Positions 40,290-50,845 of a stretch of 64,000 bases of DNA are shown here, piece after piece; within the stretch, counting starts at the first letter, position 1, and each line of letters starts with the position of its first letter. The position numbers were made by a program, and so were the translations under genes. Origin of the DNA: an uncultured bacterium (GTDB taxonomy: Bacteria; Bacillota_I; Bacilli_A; RF39; UBA660); the NCBI GenBank assembly GCA_949296705.1, contig CASFOW010000014.1, positions 956-64,955 on the forward strand. The letters run 5' to 3'. The notes under the pieces were generated by a model. The model saw only the letters and a program-made list of their open reading frames with translations. It was not told where the DNA came from and made no database searches.

Positions 40290-42322
40290 TGAAGAAAAAA
40301 TTAATAATTATTATTCCGATTGCCATTGCTTTATTGGTATTTATTGGGTTATACGTCTTTTTAAATTATACGGATGATAAAACCAATTTAACAGTATTAG
40401 AAAAAAGATGGATTACTAATAATTCGGGAACAAAATATGACTTAGAAATTGTCAATAATGTTCCTATTTTCTCCATGGCAGGAACAGGAGTTATCTTTGA
40501 CTTCATCGATAATTTTGAAATGGATACCGGATTAGAATTTAATAAAATTTCCTATTTAAAAACAGTAGAACCTACTACTAATGGACTACGTTTTAGAATT
40601 TTAAATAACGATACTGCTTTAACTGACAATGACCTTTTATTAGCAGAGGATGGTTATGTAGCAATCAGTACTAAAAATGTCCGCTATGATAGTATTTCAG
40701 AAATCCAAAATGAAGTAATTGGTGTTTTCACAGCGGATGCTGGAGAGTTGACTTACTATTTAAAGACTGGACAAAATCTAACCTATAAAACCTATGATAC
40801 AATTGAAGCAATGATGACAGATTTTGAAGCAGGTACCATTACGATGATGGTAATTCCGCAATTCCTTTATTTAGATCAAACACTAAGTAATGAAACTTAT
40901 TATACGAATTATTACTTTACAGAAATGACCAAAAAAATAGTTCTTACTTTAACTGAGGATAATCAAGAGTTAAATAATGTTGTGAGAAAATACTTCGAAA
41001 AATGGAAACAGGATGACTATGTAACAACTTATAATAAAGAATATTTAAACTATTATGCTAGTGAACGAGGCTTAAATGATAAAACCAAGGCAGATTTAAT
41101 TTCTAAATCTTATGTTTATGGTTATGTAGAAAACACACCGTATGAAGTAACCATAGATGGCACTCCATCAGGAATTGCCTCTGAATATATAGCAAGAACA
41201 GAAAGACTTACCAATATTGAATTTACTTATCAGAAATACAAAACAGTTGATGAACTAAAAGAAGCCATCAATAATGGTGAAGTTGATATTTACTTCAATT
41301 ACTTTGGTTATCAAGGAAATGATTATACAGAAACTTTATCCCCAATGGTAGAAGAGTATGTCGTATTAACTCGCTTAGATAGTGGGGAAGTAATTAATAC
41401 TTTTGAAGGGTTAAAAAACAAACAAGTCATGATGTTAAAAAATAGTCTTTTAACTTCTTATATTCAAGAAAACAGTAAAGCCAATGTCAAAGAAGTAGAT
41501 AACCTTGATGATCTAACCGCCGGGAATCATTTAATTATTATCGATAGAGAAATTTATAACTATTATCGAAATAGTAAATTTTCTAAATATGAAGTTTTAT
41601 ATCAAGATAAGATGACCAATGAATACAACTTTATGATTAAAACAACAAATCAAGATTTTGCGGAATTATTCTCCTACATTATCATGACAAATTCGTATTA
41701 TAATTATCGTTTGACCGGATTAAATTCATTAAATCTTTCTTTATTAGAAAGAACAAGTTTCCAAGAATTATATCTAATTATTCTAGGAATTATTCTTTTA
41801 CCACTACTTATTCTAACAGCGATTTATATCATTTTAAAACGAAAGAAAAAAGTAAAAGAAGTGAAGAAAGAAGATCGTAGAAAATATACAGATATTTTAA
41901 CTTCTTTAAAAAACCGTAACTATTTAAATCGTAATATGAAAGCTTGGGAAGAAAGTAAAGTATATCCACAAGCAGTAGTTATAGTTGACTTAAATAATGT
42001 CAAATATGTTAATGATAATTATGGCCATGAAGCAGGAGATCAATTAATTACGATAGCAGCTTCCATATTAGTAAATACTCAATTAGAAAACAGTGAGATT
42101 ATTAGAACAGATGGAAACGAATTCTTAGTATACCTTGTTGGTTATAGTGAAAAACAAATAGATACCTACTGTAAAAAACTAAACAAAGAATTAAAAGAAT
42201 TACCACATGGTTTTGGCGCGGCGACTGGATTTAGTATGATTACTGATGATATTAAGACAATCGATGATGCGATTAATGAAGCTACTTTAGAAATGAGAAC
42301 CAATAAAGAAAAAATAAAATAA
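40289..42322 (+). CDS. Membrane sensor protein with a C-terminal degenerate GGDEF domain
   Basis: A signal/TM segment is followed by a roughly 470-aa ectodomain, a TM helix and a GGDEF-like domain. The active-site motif reads RTDGNEFLV (DGNEF instead of GG[D/E]EF). Confidence 0.6.
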   Translation: MKKKLIIIIPIAIALLVFIGLYVFLNYTDDKTNLTVLEKRWITNNSGTKYDLEIVNNVPIFSMAGTGVIFDFIDNFEMDTGLEFNKISYLKTVEPTTNGLRFRILNNDTALTDNDLLLAEDGYVAISTKNVRYDSISEIQNEVIGVFTADAGELTYYLKTGQNLTYKTYDTIEAMMTDFEAGTITMMVIPQFLYLDQTLSNETYYTNYYFTEMTKKIVLTLTEDNQELNNVVRKYFEKWKQDDYVTTYNKEYLNYYASERGLNDKTKADLISKSYVYGYVENTPYEVTIDGTPSGIASEYIARTERLTNIEFTYQKYKTVDELKEAINNGEVDIYFNYFGYQGNDYTETLSPMVEEYVVLTRLDSGEVINTFEGLKNKQVMMLKNSLLTSYIQENSKANVKEVDNLDDLTAGNHLIIIDREIYNYYRNSKFSKYEVLYQDKMTNEYNFMIKTTNQDFAELFSYIIMTNSYYNYRLTGLNSLNLSLLERTSFQELYLIILGIILLPLLILTAIYIILKRKKKVKEVKKEDRRKYTDILTSLKNRNYLNRNMKAWEESKVYPQAVVIVDLNNVKYVNDNYGHEAGDQLITIAASILVNTQLENSEIIRTDGNEFLVYLVGYSEKQIDTYCKKLNKELKELPHGFGAATGFSMITDDIKTIDDAINEATLEMRTNKEKIK

Positions 42323-42338
42323 AAAGTGGTGATGCACT

Positions 42339-43190
42339 TTGAAGAAAAGAATGAAAAGATTTTTTAAACGACTATATAAGATTATACAAAAGCCAGAAAT
42401 GCGAATATTACCCGGTCAACTGGCTTTTTTCTTAGTTTTATCGATTATTCCCTTAGTAGCGCTCATTGCGACGATCAGTGCTAATTTTTCCCTATCTATT
42501 GAATCCTTGATGGAAATTATTAACGATAGTCTTCCTAAAGAAATAGCATCTTTTATTAATGAGGCAATAGATGGTAAAAGTATGAACTTAAATATTGCAA
42601 TTTTCTATATTTCAGCTTTCATCTTAGCATCGAATGGACCGCATTCTATGATTATTGGCGCTAATATGATTTACAAAGTAGAAAGTAAAGATTATATTAC
42701 TAGACGAATCAAAGCAATCATTATGACAATAATTTTAGTTATTCTATTATTGTTCATGTTAATTGTACCAGCTTATGGTGATACGTTAATTTCCTTATTA
42801 GGAGAAGTAATTAAAGCTGAACCAATTATTACAACCATTTCAACCGCTTATACTATTTTAAAATACCCAATTTCGTTTTTACTTATCTTCTTTTGTATTA
42901 AGCTTTTATATACAATGGCTCCTGATACCCAAATCGCAAGTAGAACAACAACCTCAGGTGCCCTATTTACCACAGTAACTTGGATTATCGCAACAGAAGT
43001 TTATTCATTCTATGTTAATACATTTAATAGTTATAACCTATTATATGGTAGTATTGCTAACCTATTGATCTTATTATTATGGGTATACCTATTATCTTAT
43101 GTCTTTGTAGTAGGAATGGCTCTTAATGCCAGTAGAGAAGATGCAAAAAAAGAAAGTGAAACAAGTAATAAAGAACAACTAAGTGTATAA
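42339..43190 (+). CDS. yihY: YihY/BrkB-family membrane protein
   Basis: Six TM helices and the YihY pattern (LAFFLVLSIIPL…). TTG at 42339 or ATG at 42351. Confidence 0.65.
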   Translation: MKKRMKRFFKRLYKIIQKPEMRILPGQLAFFLVLSIIPLVALIATISANFSLSIESLMEIINDSLPKEIASFINEAIDGKSMNLNIAIFYISAFILASNGPHSMIIGANMIYKVESKDYITRRIKAIIMTIILVILLLFMLIVPAYGDTLISLLGEVIKAEPIITTISTAYTILKYPISFLLIFFCIKLLYTMAPDTQIASRTTTSGALFTTVTWIIATEVYSFYVNTFNSYNLLYGSIANLLILLLWVYLLSYVFVVGMALNASREDAKKESETSNKEQLSV

Positions 43191-43291
43191 CTACTCGAAT
43201 AACATGACAATATTGTCATGTTTAACTTTTCGAAAAAATTGTGAAACAATAAAAAAAGTGCTATAATGAAAATCAGGAAGGATTAGTGGAA

Positions 43292-45433
43292 ATGAAGAAA
43301 ATTGAAAAATTTATCAAAAAGACATCAAATAATATTAGGAAAATAGCGATTGGAGTCGTAACAAATCCCAAACGATTTTTTATATTAATGATAAATAGAA
43401 TCGTAGAAATGATTAAAAATAATATTTTAATGATTGTATTTATCCTTGTTTCCCTTTTTGCTTCGACTTTATTACGTTATTTGACAGTAAAGGATATTTT
43501 AAATATAAAACCAATTTTAGCGGATGCAGCAGTAATTATTGCGCTTGGTGGCATCAGTTACCTATTAAAGGAAAAAAATCGTTTTCCTTATTTATTAGTC
43601 TGCAGTATTATTTTAAGTATAATCTGTGTGGTTAATTCCCTTTATTATACTTTCTACACCTCATTTGTATCTGTATCCTTGATTGGTACTTTAGAGTATT
43701 TATTCCAAGTAGGGGATGCCGTAACCGAAAACGTATTAAAAGTTCAGGACTTTGTTTATCTTCTTGCCCCAGTTGCCCTAACAATAACTTATTTAAGGTT
43801 AAAAAAGACAAAGCGCTTTCAAGCTCGAAATAAGAATAGACGTGATCAAAAGAAAGCCATTACTTCCTTTATTACCGCAGGTGTTTTAGCTTTTGTATTT
43901 ATCAGTATGTTAACGTCACTAGAAATTGGTCGTTTTGCCAAACAATGGAATCGTGAATACATTGTGATGAAATTTGGTATTTATACCTATCATTTAAATG
44001 ATTTAGTAAAAAGTATTGAACCTAAATTAACAACTTTATTTGGGTATGATAATGCTTTAAAAATGTTTAATGAATACTATGAAGGAAAAAGCGATGAGCC
44101 AACAACTATTAATGAATATACAGGTATTTTTGAGGGAAAAAATATTATTTCTATCCATGCTGAAAGTATCCAACAAATCGTTATGGAATTAAGCTTTAAT
44201 GGTCAAGAACTAACCCCAAACCTAAATAAACTAGCGAGTGAGTCTCTATACTTTAGTAATTTCTATTCTCAAGTAAGTGTTGGTACTTCAAGTGATTCAG
44301 AATTTACCTTCAATACTTCATTAATGCCAACCAATACCGGTACTGCTTTCGTTAGTTATTTCAATCGTGAATATGTAACCATTCCTAAATTATTAAAAGA
44401 AAAAGGCTATTATACATTCTCTATGCATGCGAATAATGGTTCATACTGGAACCGAGAAGTAATGCATCAATCTTTAGGATATGATCGTTTCTATAGTAAG
44501 AAAGACTATGAAATTGATGAAGTAATCGGACTAGGTTTATCGGATAAGTCATTCTTTAGACAATCTGTTGAAAAAATAAAAGAGATTAACGAAAAAGGAC
44601 AACCATATTATGGAACAGTGATTATGCTTAGTAATCATACACCATTCTCTGATGTCGATAAATATGGAGATTTTCCTGTAGATATTAAAGAAGAAGTTAA
44701 AGATGAAAATGGTAATGTAATTATCAACGAAGAAACTGGAGAACCTGAAATGGTTAGTTATCCATATATGGAAGGAACCAAATTAGGTAACTATTTCAAA
44801 TCCGTACATTATGCGGATGCTGCCTTAGGTGAATTCTTAACTGCCTTAGAAGAAGAAGGATTAATGGAAAATACTGTAATTGTATTATATGGTGATCATG
44901 ATGCCCGTTTACCGAAAGCTGATTTTAGTCGCTTATTTAATTATGATAAAGAAACCGATGGCTTAATTTCAGAAGATGATCCAAACTTTGTTAAAGTAGA
45001 TAGTTATCAATACGAATTATTAAGAAAAGTACCATTTTTAATCTATAGTAAAGAAACAAAAGAATCTTTACATAAGGAGATTACGACTGTCATGGGAATG
45101 TACGATGTTATGCCAACCTTAGGTAATATGTTTGGCTTCTATAATAAATATCAATTAGGAAAAGATATTTTCAATACGACTGATGATAATATCGTTGTTT
45201 TCCCAAACGGTAACTGGATGACCAATAAAGTGTATTATAATACCCAAAAAGGGGAATACTTAACATTGAAAGAAGAAGAAGTTATTTCGGATGAATACAT
45301 TAGTAATTGTCAAAAATATGCGGAAGACTTATTAAATGTTTCGAATTCATTAATCGTTTTCGATCTGATCAAGAAAGAGGAGGAACGAATTAATTCGGAA
45401 TCGGATTATATTGAAGAAAAGGTTGCGGAATAA
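43292..45433 (+). CDS. ltaS: Lipoteichoic acid synthase-like sulfatase (LtaS family)
   Basis: Five N-terminal TM helices and an extracellular sulfatase domain (SQVSVGTSSDSEFTFNTSLMP, HANNGSYWNR). The ATG at 43292 follows an AGGAAGG RBS. Confidence 0.8.
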   Translation: MKKIEKFIKKTSNNIRKIAIGVVTNPKRFFILMINRIVEMIKNNILMIVFILVSLFASTLLRYLTVKDILNIKPILADAAVIIALGGISYLLKEKNRFPYLLVCSIILSIICVVNSLYYTFYTSFVSVSLIGTLEYLFQVGDAVTENVLKVQDFVYLLAPVALTITYLRLKKTKRFQARNKNRRDQKKAITSFITAGVLAFVFISMLTSLEIGRFAKQWNREYIVMKFGIYTYHLNDLVKSIEPKLTTLFGYDNALKMFNEYYEGKSDEPTTINEYTGIFEGKNIISIHAESIQQIVMELSFNGQELTPNLNKLASESLYFSNFYSQVSVGTSSDSEFTFNTSLMPTNTGTAFVSYFNREYVTIPKLLKEKGYYTFSMHANNGSYWNREVMHQSLGYDRFYSKKDYEIDEVIGLGLSDKSFFRQSVEKIKEINEKGQPYYGTVIMLSNHTPFSDVDKYGDFPVDIKEEVKDENGNVIINEETGEPEMVSYPYMEGTKLGNYFKSVHYADAALGEFLTALEEEGLMENTVIVLYGDHDARLPKADFSRLFNYDKETDGLISEDDPNFVKVDSYQYELLRKVPFLIYSKETKESLHKEITTVMGMYDVMPTLGNMFGFYNKYQLGKDIFNTTDDNIVVFPNGNWMTNKVYYNTQKGEYLTLKEEEVISDEYISNCQKYAEDLLNVSNSLIVFDLIKKEEERINSESDYIEEKVAE

Positions 45434-46062
45434 TGAAAAAAGTAAAAAAACGGGTAAAGAAAAAAGCTATCATTTTGGTACTCATTCCATTAATTTTAAT
45501 TATTGCCATCATCGTAGTAAATGTAAAAAATATGTTGGCTAAACCATTAACGGTAGAAGTAGTAAGTAATATTGATGAGTATAATTATTATTTGGAAAAT
45601 ACCGATAGTAGAATTTATAAGAAATATTACAAAGAATTAGAAAAAGAATTAGAAGACCAAAAAGTAGATGAGGAAAATTATGTTTCTCTACTAGCGAAAC
45701 TCTTTACTATCGACTTTTACACATTAAGCAATAAAATGACAAATCAAGATATTGGTGGAATTCAATTTGTTCATGAATCACAGAAGGAATCATTTAAAAA
45801 TGAAGCCACCAATAACATTTATAAATACGTAAAAAGTAACCTGACGGGTAAACGGAAACAAGAATTACCCGAAGTAAAGAATGCCACTGTAGAAGAAGTA
45901 AAGCAACTTTCATATGAAAATGAGGATGCTAATCTTGAAGACAGTAGTGCTTATCAAACCAAAGTAAAATTAGAATATGTCAAAGACTTAGAATATCCAA
46001 CTGAAGTGACTCTTATTTGGATTCATGAAGGAATAAAGTTATCACTAGTAGAAGTAGAGTAA
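45433..46062 (+). CDS. Membrane-anchored hypothetical protein
   Basis: N-terminal TM helix; translationally coupled to ltaS (ATGA-type overlap). Confidence 0.5.
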   Translation: MKKVKKRVKKKAIILVLIPLILIIAIIVVNVKNMLAKPLTVEVVSNIDEYNYYLENTDSRIYKKYYKELEKELEDQKVDEENYVSLLAKLFTIDFYTLSNKMTNQDIGGIQFVHESQKESFKNEATNNIYKYVKSNLTGKRKQELPEVKNATVEEVKQLSYENEDANLEDSSAYQTKVKLEYVKDLEYPTEVTLIWIHEGIKLSLVEVE

Positions 46063-46072
46063 AAAAGAAAAA

Positions 46073-46098
46073 AAAGCTATCCAAGACGATAGCTTTTT
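46073..46098. terminator. Bidirectional rho-independent terminator
   Basis: Stem aaagctatc / gatagcttt, flanked by an A-run and a T-run. Confidence 0.6.
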
Positions 46099-46184
46099 AT
46101 CATGAACAAAATTAACAATGATTTTATTACCAATAAAAAATTATTACCCTCACATGTCTATTTTCTTTAATTAGTGTAATTTTT

Positions 46185-46664
46185 CTAGTTCTTTTTTAAA
46201 TGGAAAGTAATAGTACTTGTGACGTGTTTGTATTCTGCAGTTACTTGAATAAAATAAGTTTCCTTTTTTTGAACATATTTGGTGATATCTTGAATCATTG
46301 GTCCGTCATAGACAACAGTTAGATTTCTATCATTTCTTCTAATATATATATGAGTGTACTTAACATCGGTAGCTTTTACTTTACGTAAACTCTTTTTAGC
46401 TGCATTACAACTCAATTGAACCTGGTAATCATCAGCCATACATTTATAGGAAACAAAACTTAAAAGAATCTTATCATCATCATCTTTTACTTCATATTGT
46501 AAATGCCCTCCATCATAATCATAGGACTGTGCATTAATCGCATCAAAAGATACAAGGAAGGGAATAATAGGTAAACGATAGTGATCAAAAACTTCTACAT
46601 TAATTAATTCATCATTAATATAGGCTTGATAAAGACGATTCTGCTTATAAAGAAAAGGACTCAT
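46185..46664 (-). CDS. Hypothetical protein (start uncertain; the frame is open to a GTG at 46706)
   Basis: Minus-strand ORF with no recognised family; Asp-rich segment DDDDK. Confidence 0.4.
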   Translation of the reverse strand: MSPFLYKQNRLYQAYINDELINVEVFDHYRLPIIPFLVSFDAINAQSYDYDGGHLQYEVKDDDDKILLSFVSYKCMADDYQVQLSCNAAKKSLRKVKATDVKYTHIYIRRNDRNLTVVYDGPMIQDITKYVQKKETYFIQVTAEYKHVTSTITFHLKKN

Positions 46665-46689
46665 AATGTGAATAGTACCGAAACACACT

Positions 46690-46872
46690 TTAATAAAAAT
46701 AACCACAATCGCAATATATAGTAATTACTTTTATTATTATCTTTTTACGTGATTCTTTTGCCTTTTCTACGGTAGTGACATAATTCTGTTTAGCTTCTTT
46801 TCTTTCTTCTTGTAAGTCATGTACCATTTCTTCTTTGGTACGATAGAATTTCTTCATATACTCCTCCGACAA
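46690..46872 (-). CDS. Small hypothetical protein
   Basis: 60-aa ORF with an RBS ggAGGAGtatatgaa. It overlaps the start of the downstream ORF. Confidence 0.35.
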   Translation of the reverse strand: MSEEYMKKFYRTKEEMVHDLQEERKEAKQNYVTTVEKAKESRKKIIIKVITIYCDCGYFY

Positions 46873-46980
46873 GTATTATTGTTTATACCATTATAGCATT
46901 CTATTTAAGAATTAACAGGATAAATAATTAATCTTCTCTCGCGGAACAATAGGTTATTGAATCTTAACGATATCGTATCA

Positions 46981-47020
46981 TAAATAAAAAAAGAAAAAAC
47001 ACATACAGAATATATGTGTT
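46981..47020 (-). terminator. Rho-independent terminator of the LCP gene (minus strand)
   Basis: 8-bp stem aacacata / tatgtgtt, followed on the minus strand by a T-run. Confidence 0.55.
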
Positions 47021-48582
47021 TAACTAGGACTAAATGTAAACTCTTTAATCATAACAGGCTCTTCCTTTTCTAGATTAATTTTCATCTCTTTACTTACATC
47101 TTCAATACTATCTTCATCTAGAATATAATTCCATAAATCTTGTTTCATACTTGGATAATAAATCATCTTTCCGTATCCTGATAGACGAAGTTGATTAATA
47201 AAGAAAACATCTCCACCTTGATAATTAGTCGTAGTAAGAATTTCTTTGAAAATATTATAGAATGATAAAATCTCGTCCGTAGTTAAATTGGTATCTAAGT
47301 TTTTAGAAACAGTATCTAAGATAGATAATAATTGATTTACATCCCGAATCGTTGTCATCTTTTGAATCATTGCTTTAATAATTAATTGTTGATTATAACC
47401 CCGATCAATATCTCCTTGGGCTAAATCATAGCGATTTCTAGCTAAAACTAAAGCTTGTTCACCATTTAATGTTTGATAACCCTTATTAATGCAGATTTTC
47501 CCAGTTCGATCAGAATTATCTGTACATAGTCGTTTAGGTACTTCTACATCAATTCCACCTAAAGCATTAACCAAATTTACTACACCTTTAAAATTGACTT
47601 TGACATAATACTGAATATCGATATCGAAAGTATTTTCAATCGTTTCAATCATACAATCGGTGCCATACCAGCCGGCATGAGTTAATTTATTTTTTTGATT
47701 ATTTCGACAACTAATTGGTAAGTAACTATCTCTAGGAATAGACATCATAGTAGCACTTAACGTATGAGGATTAAACGTAACTACGATTAAAGAATCTCCA
47801 TTCGCATAACTATTACGCTGTAAGTTATCTTTTTCAGAATCAACCCCCATTAACAACACAGTAAATGGTTTAGTAACAGAAGCAGAATCTGAAGTAGAGG
47901 CATATTCTTCTTTTTTTATTGTTTTATCCTTATGAATAATTTCTCGTACATCATTCTGAATATTTTCAAACCCCGTAGTCTGTTGAAACATAACGGGATA
48001 ATTACTAGAGATAAACAAAGAATCAATTTCTCCTTCATATAAATCAGTAAGCATCTTAGAAATATCTTGATAAGGAATAATTTCATTATCATGATCTAAT
48101 TTATGTTCTTCGATGATTTCTTGCGCAATCACATAATTATCGATTGAAAGCGTATCATTAGTGATTCCTATTTTTAAATTGGTAACATCATCAATAAATT
48201 GTATCTTACTATCCTTCATCACAATCAAACTAGAAGAGTAGGCGATTTTACTTTTATTGATAGAATCGATACTATCATAAACACGTCCAATAAAACTAGC
48301 CCCAGCTACATTAAATATCGTAAACAAAATCATAAAAAAAATAGCAGGCCCTTGTTTCAATTTTCTTTTTTTATAGAAAAAATAAAAATCAATAATTAAT
48401 AATAAACCAATTAATACCGTTCTTAAGACAGGTTCGATAGGACCTAGTTGACTAATACGATATATGAAATAAAAATTAGTAATAATTCCAACAAAAATAA
48501 AAAGTACATGTAAGCGAAATGTTCTTTTCTTCTTTAACTTTTTATTTTTTATTGTTTTTGACGTAACTTTAGTCTTCTCCAT
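47020..48582 (-). CDS. LytR-CpsA-Psr (LCP) family protein with a multi-TM N-terminus
   Basis: LCP motifs TMMSIPRDSY and the …GGDIDRGYNQQ region; RBS AGGGATGTG. Confidence 0.75.
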   Translation of the reverse strand: MEKTKVTSKTIKNKKLKKKRTFRLHVLFIFVGIITNFYFIYRISQLGPIEPVLRTVLIGLLLIIDFYFFYKKRKLKQGPAIFFMILFTIFNVAGASFIGRVYDSIDSINKSKIAYSSSLIVMKDSKIQFIDDVTNLKIGITNDTLSIDNYVIAQEIIEEHKLDHDNEIIPYQDISKMLTDLYEGEIDSLFISSNYPVMFQQTTGFENIQNDVREIIHKDKTIKKEEYASTSDSASVTKPFTVLLMGVDSEKDNLQRNSYANGDSLIVVTFNPHTLSATMMSIPRDSYLPISCRNNQKNKLTHAGWYGTDCMIETIENTFDIDIQYYVKVNFKGVVNLVNALGGIDVEVPKRLCTDNSDRTGKICINKGYQTLNGEQALVLARNRYDLAQGDIDRGYNQQLIIKAMIQKMTTIRDVNQLLSILDTVSKNLDTNLTTDEILSFYNIFKEILTTTNYQGGDVFFINQLRLSGYGKMIYYPSMKQDLWNYILDEDSIEDVSKEMKINLEKEEPVMIKEFTFSPS

Positions 48583-48771
48583 CTTTACACATCCCTATTA
48601 TCATTATAACCAATTAATAGAATTTATACAAAAATAATAGGAATAATTACTAGATTTGACAGTTTTTAGAAGTGAAAAATGTAAAGACGAAAAAATAAAA
48701 GATCGACTTGTAGAACTTCTTTTATTTGTTTGGTATAATATATGTGTAGAACTAGGATAAGGAGGAAAGAT

Positions 48772-50832
48772 ATGAAAAAGATTTATTTTTTATTCATCAT
48801 GAGTTTAACTATTTTTTGCTTTCTTCCAACTAGTGTAGAAGCGTTAACAGCAGCAGAAGTAGCGGCACGACCAACTGATTGTGCAAGTTATGAATTAGCA
48901 AGTGCGGAACCAGATGGTTCATTAAATAAAGTAGCTTGTTATAATACGTATGAAGAAGCAAAACAAGTAATGAATTCTACCGCCAATGATAACTTAGTTA
49001 TCGTTGGTAATAGAAAAATTGTCGATGCGAAATATGCCTTGATTGATTATGATCAATTAACCGCAACTGGATATACAAGTGTTTATTCAGATAAAAATTT
49101 AAGTACTGAAATCACTTATATCAGGGGAGGAAATAGTGATGATGCGGTATTTTTGGAATTAGATCCCGGAACAGGTAGAATTAAGATTAAAGTATCAGGT
49201 ACAGTTGGTTGGATAAAAAAATATGAAAATGAAGCTACAATGAGTTATCCATTATATGATATTGTACCATTATCTTGGGTAAAGAGTCCTAGTTATTATC
49301 AAGTAACTAGTAATGATTTGATTCACCATTTACCACTTAATGTTTATAATACAAAAGGAGAATATCAACTAGTGATTGGGAAAAAACCTTCTATGTTAAA
49401 CGAAGGAACTTACTATAGCTATGATGGTAATTATTTTTATACGGATTTAAAACAGATGATTAATGATTATAAACAAAATACTTATCAAAATGCAGTAAAC
49501 AAGGATAACCCATTTTATAATTATTATCAGTATCTATCCTTTCGTACCAAAACAAACTATAACGCAGCCAATATCAATCAATTTATTGATGCTAGAACAA
49601 GCAATGCCAGTTCAAAATTAAAAAATACAGGGGATTACTTTATCGAAAATCAAAACAATTATGGAATTAATGCCATTATCATGTTAGCAATTGGTATTAA
49701 TGAATCAGGATATGGAAATAGTAATATTGCGCAAACAAAAAATAATTTATTTGGGTTAAACGCAATCGATAAAACACCAGGCGAATCAGCTAATTATTTC
49801 GCATCAGTTTCTGATTGTATTAGTGAATTTGCTTATGTATGGTTAGATTATGGATATGTTCAACCAGGTGATTATCGTTTTAGAGGAGCTAATTTGGGAA
49901 ATAAAGGAGTGGGGCTAAATATTAAATATGCATCTGATCCTTATTGGGGAGAAAAAGCTGCTCAATATTATTATGACCTAGATAAATATTATGGTTTTCA
50001 AGACTATGAAGCATATACAATTGCGGTATTAAATAACAATTATACAGATACCGTTTATCCTAAAAAAACACCAGGTGGGTTAAATGTCTCTAGTAGTTTT
50101 TATCAATATAAAGTAGCGGGCACGCCAGTTGTTATTTTAGAAGAAGTAACAGGCCCAGATGTAAATGGCAATACTACTTGGTATAAAATTATGAGTGATC
50201 CGACCCTAGATAGTAATTTAGAGTATATAGGAGACTCTAAAAGTAATCCAAGAGTAACTTACCCATGGGATACGATGCATGTCTATGTACCAGCTAGTTA
50301 TTTTTATAAAGTAAATAGTGGAAATAATACTCCACCAACTCCAACAGATCCAGATGTTCCATCAGAAAATCCGGATGAGCCAACTACCCCTCCAACACCG
50401 CAACCAAAACCAATTTCTTCTATTGTTCAAGAAGCAAGTTACACTTATGAAAATGGAATGATTTCTAAGATTCAGCCTGGAACGAGTGTAGAAACCTTAA
50501 AAGGAAATTTAACGAATACTGGGGGAGCGATTACGATTAAAGATCCTAACGGTAATGTAGTAGAAAGTGGAACAGTAGGAACAGGATATCAAGTACATAT
50601 TACTTCAGGAACTACCGAAGTATTGACGGTACTAATTTACGGAGATACCAATGGGGACGGAAATATATCAGCTGTTGACTATGTAAAAGTTATGAATCAT
50701 ATAATGGAAGTTACAAAATTAGAAGGTTTTAATTATAAAGCTGCGGATGTTAATAGAGATAACAATGTAAGCGCAGTAGACTATGTCAAAATTATGAACC
50801 ATATAATGGAAGTAAGTTTTATAACTCAGTAG
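48772..50832 (+). CDS. Secreted GH73 glucosaminidase with a Pro/Thr-rich linker and a C-terminal dockerin-like double repeat
   Basis: Signal peptide, glucosaminidase core (AIIMLAIGINESGYGNS…NNLFGLNA), linker TPPTPTDPDVPSENPDEPTTPPTPQP, and repeats GDTNGDGNISAVDYVKVMNHIM / DVNRDNNVSAVDYVKIMNHIM. Confidence 0.75.
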   Translation: MKKIYFLFIMSLTIFCFLPTSVEALTAAEVAARPTDCASYELASAEPDGSLNKVACYNTYEEAKQVMNSTANDNLVIVGNRKIVDAKYALIDYDQLTATGYTSVYSDKNLSTEITYIRGGNSDDAVFLELDPGTGRIKIKVSGTVGWIKKYENEATMSYPLYDIVPLSWVKSPSYYQVTSNDLIHHLPLNVYNTKGEYQLVIGKKPSMLNEGTYYSYDGNYFYTDLKQMINDYKQNTYQNAVNKDNPFYNYYQYLSFRTKTNYNAANINQFIDARTSNASSKLKNTGDYFIENQNNYGINAIIMLAIGINESGYGNSNIAQTKNNLFGLNAIDKTPGESANYFASVSDCISEFAYVWLDYGYVQPGDYRFRGANLGNKGVGLNIKYASDPYWGEKAAQYYYDLDKYYGFQDYEAYTIAVLNNNYTDTVYPKKTPGGLNVSSSFYQYKVAGTPVVILEEVTGPDVNGNTTWYKIMSDPTLDSNLEYIGDSKSNPRVTYPWDTMHVYVPASYFYKVNSGNNTPPTPTDPDVPSENPDEPTTPPTPQPKPISSIVQEASYTYENGMISKIQPGTSVETLKGNLTNTGGAITIKDPNGNVVESGTVGTGYQVHITSGTTEVLTVLIYGDTNGDGNISAVDYVKVMNHIMEVTKLEGFNYKAADVNRDNNVSAVDYVKIMNHIMEVSFITQ

Positions 50833-50845
50833 AAAGGTGAATAAA

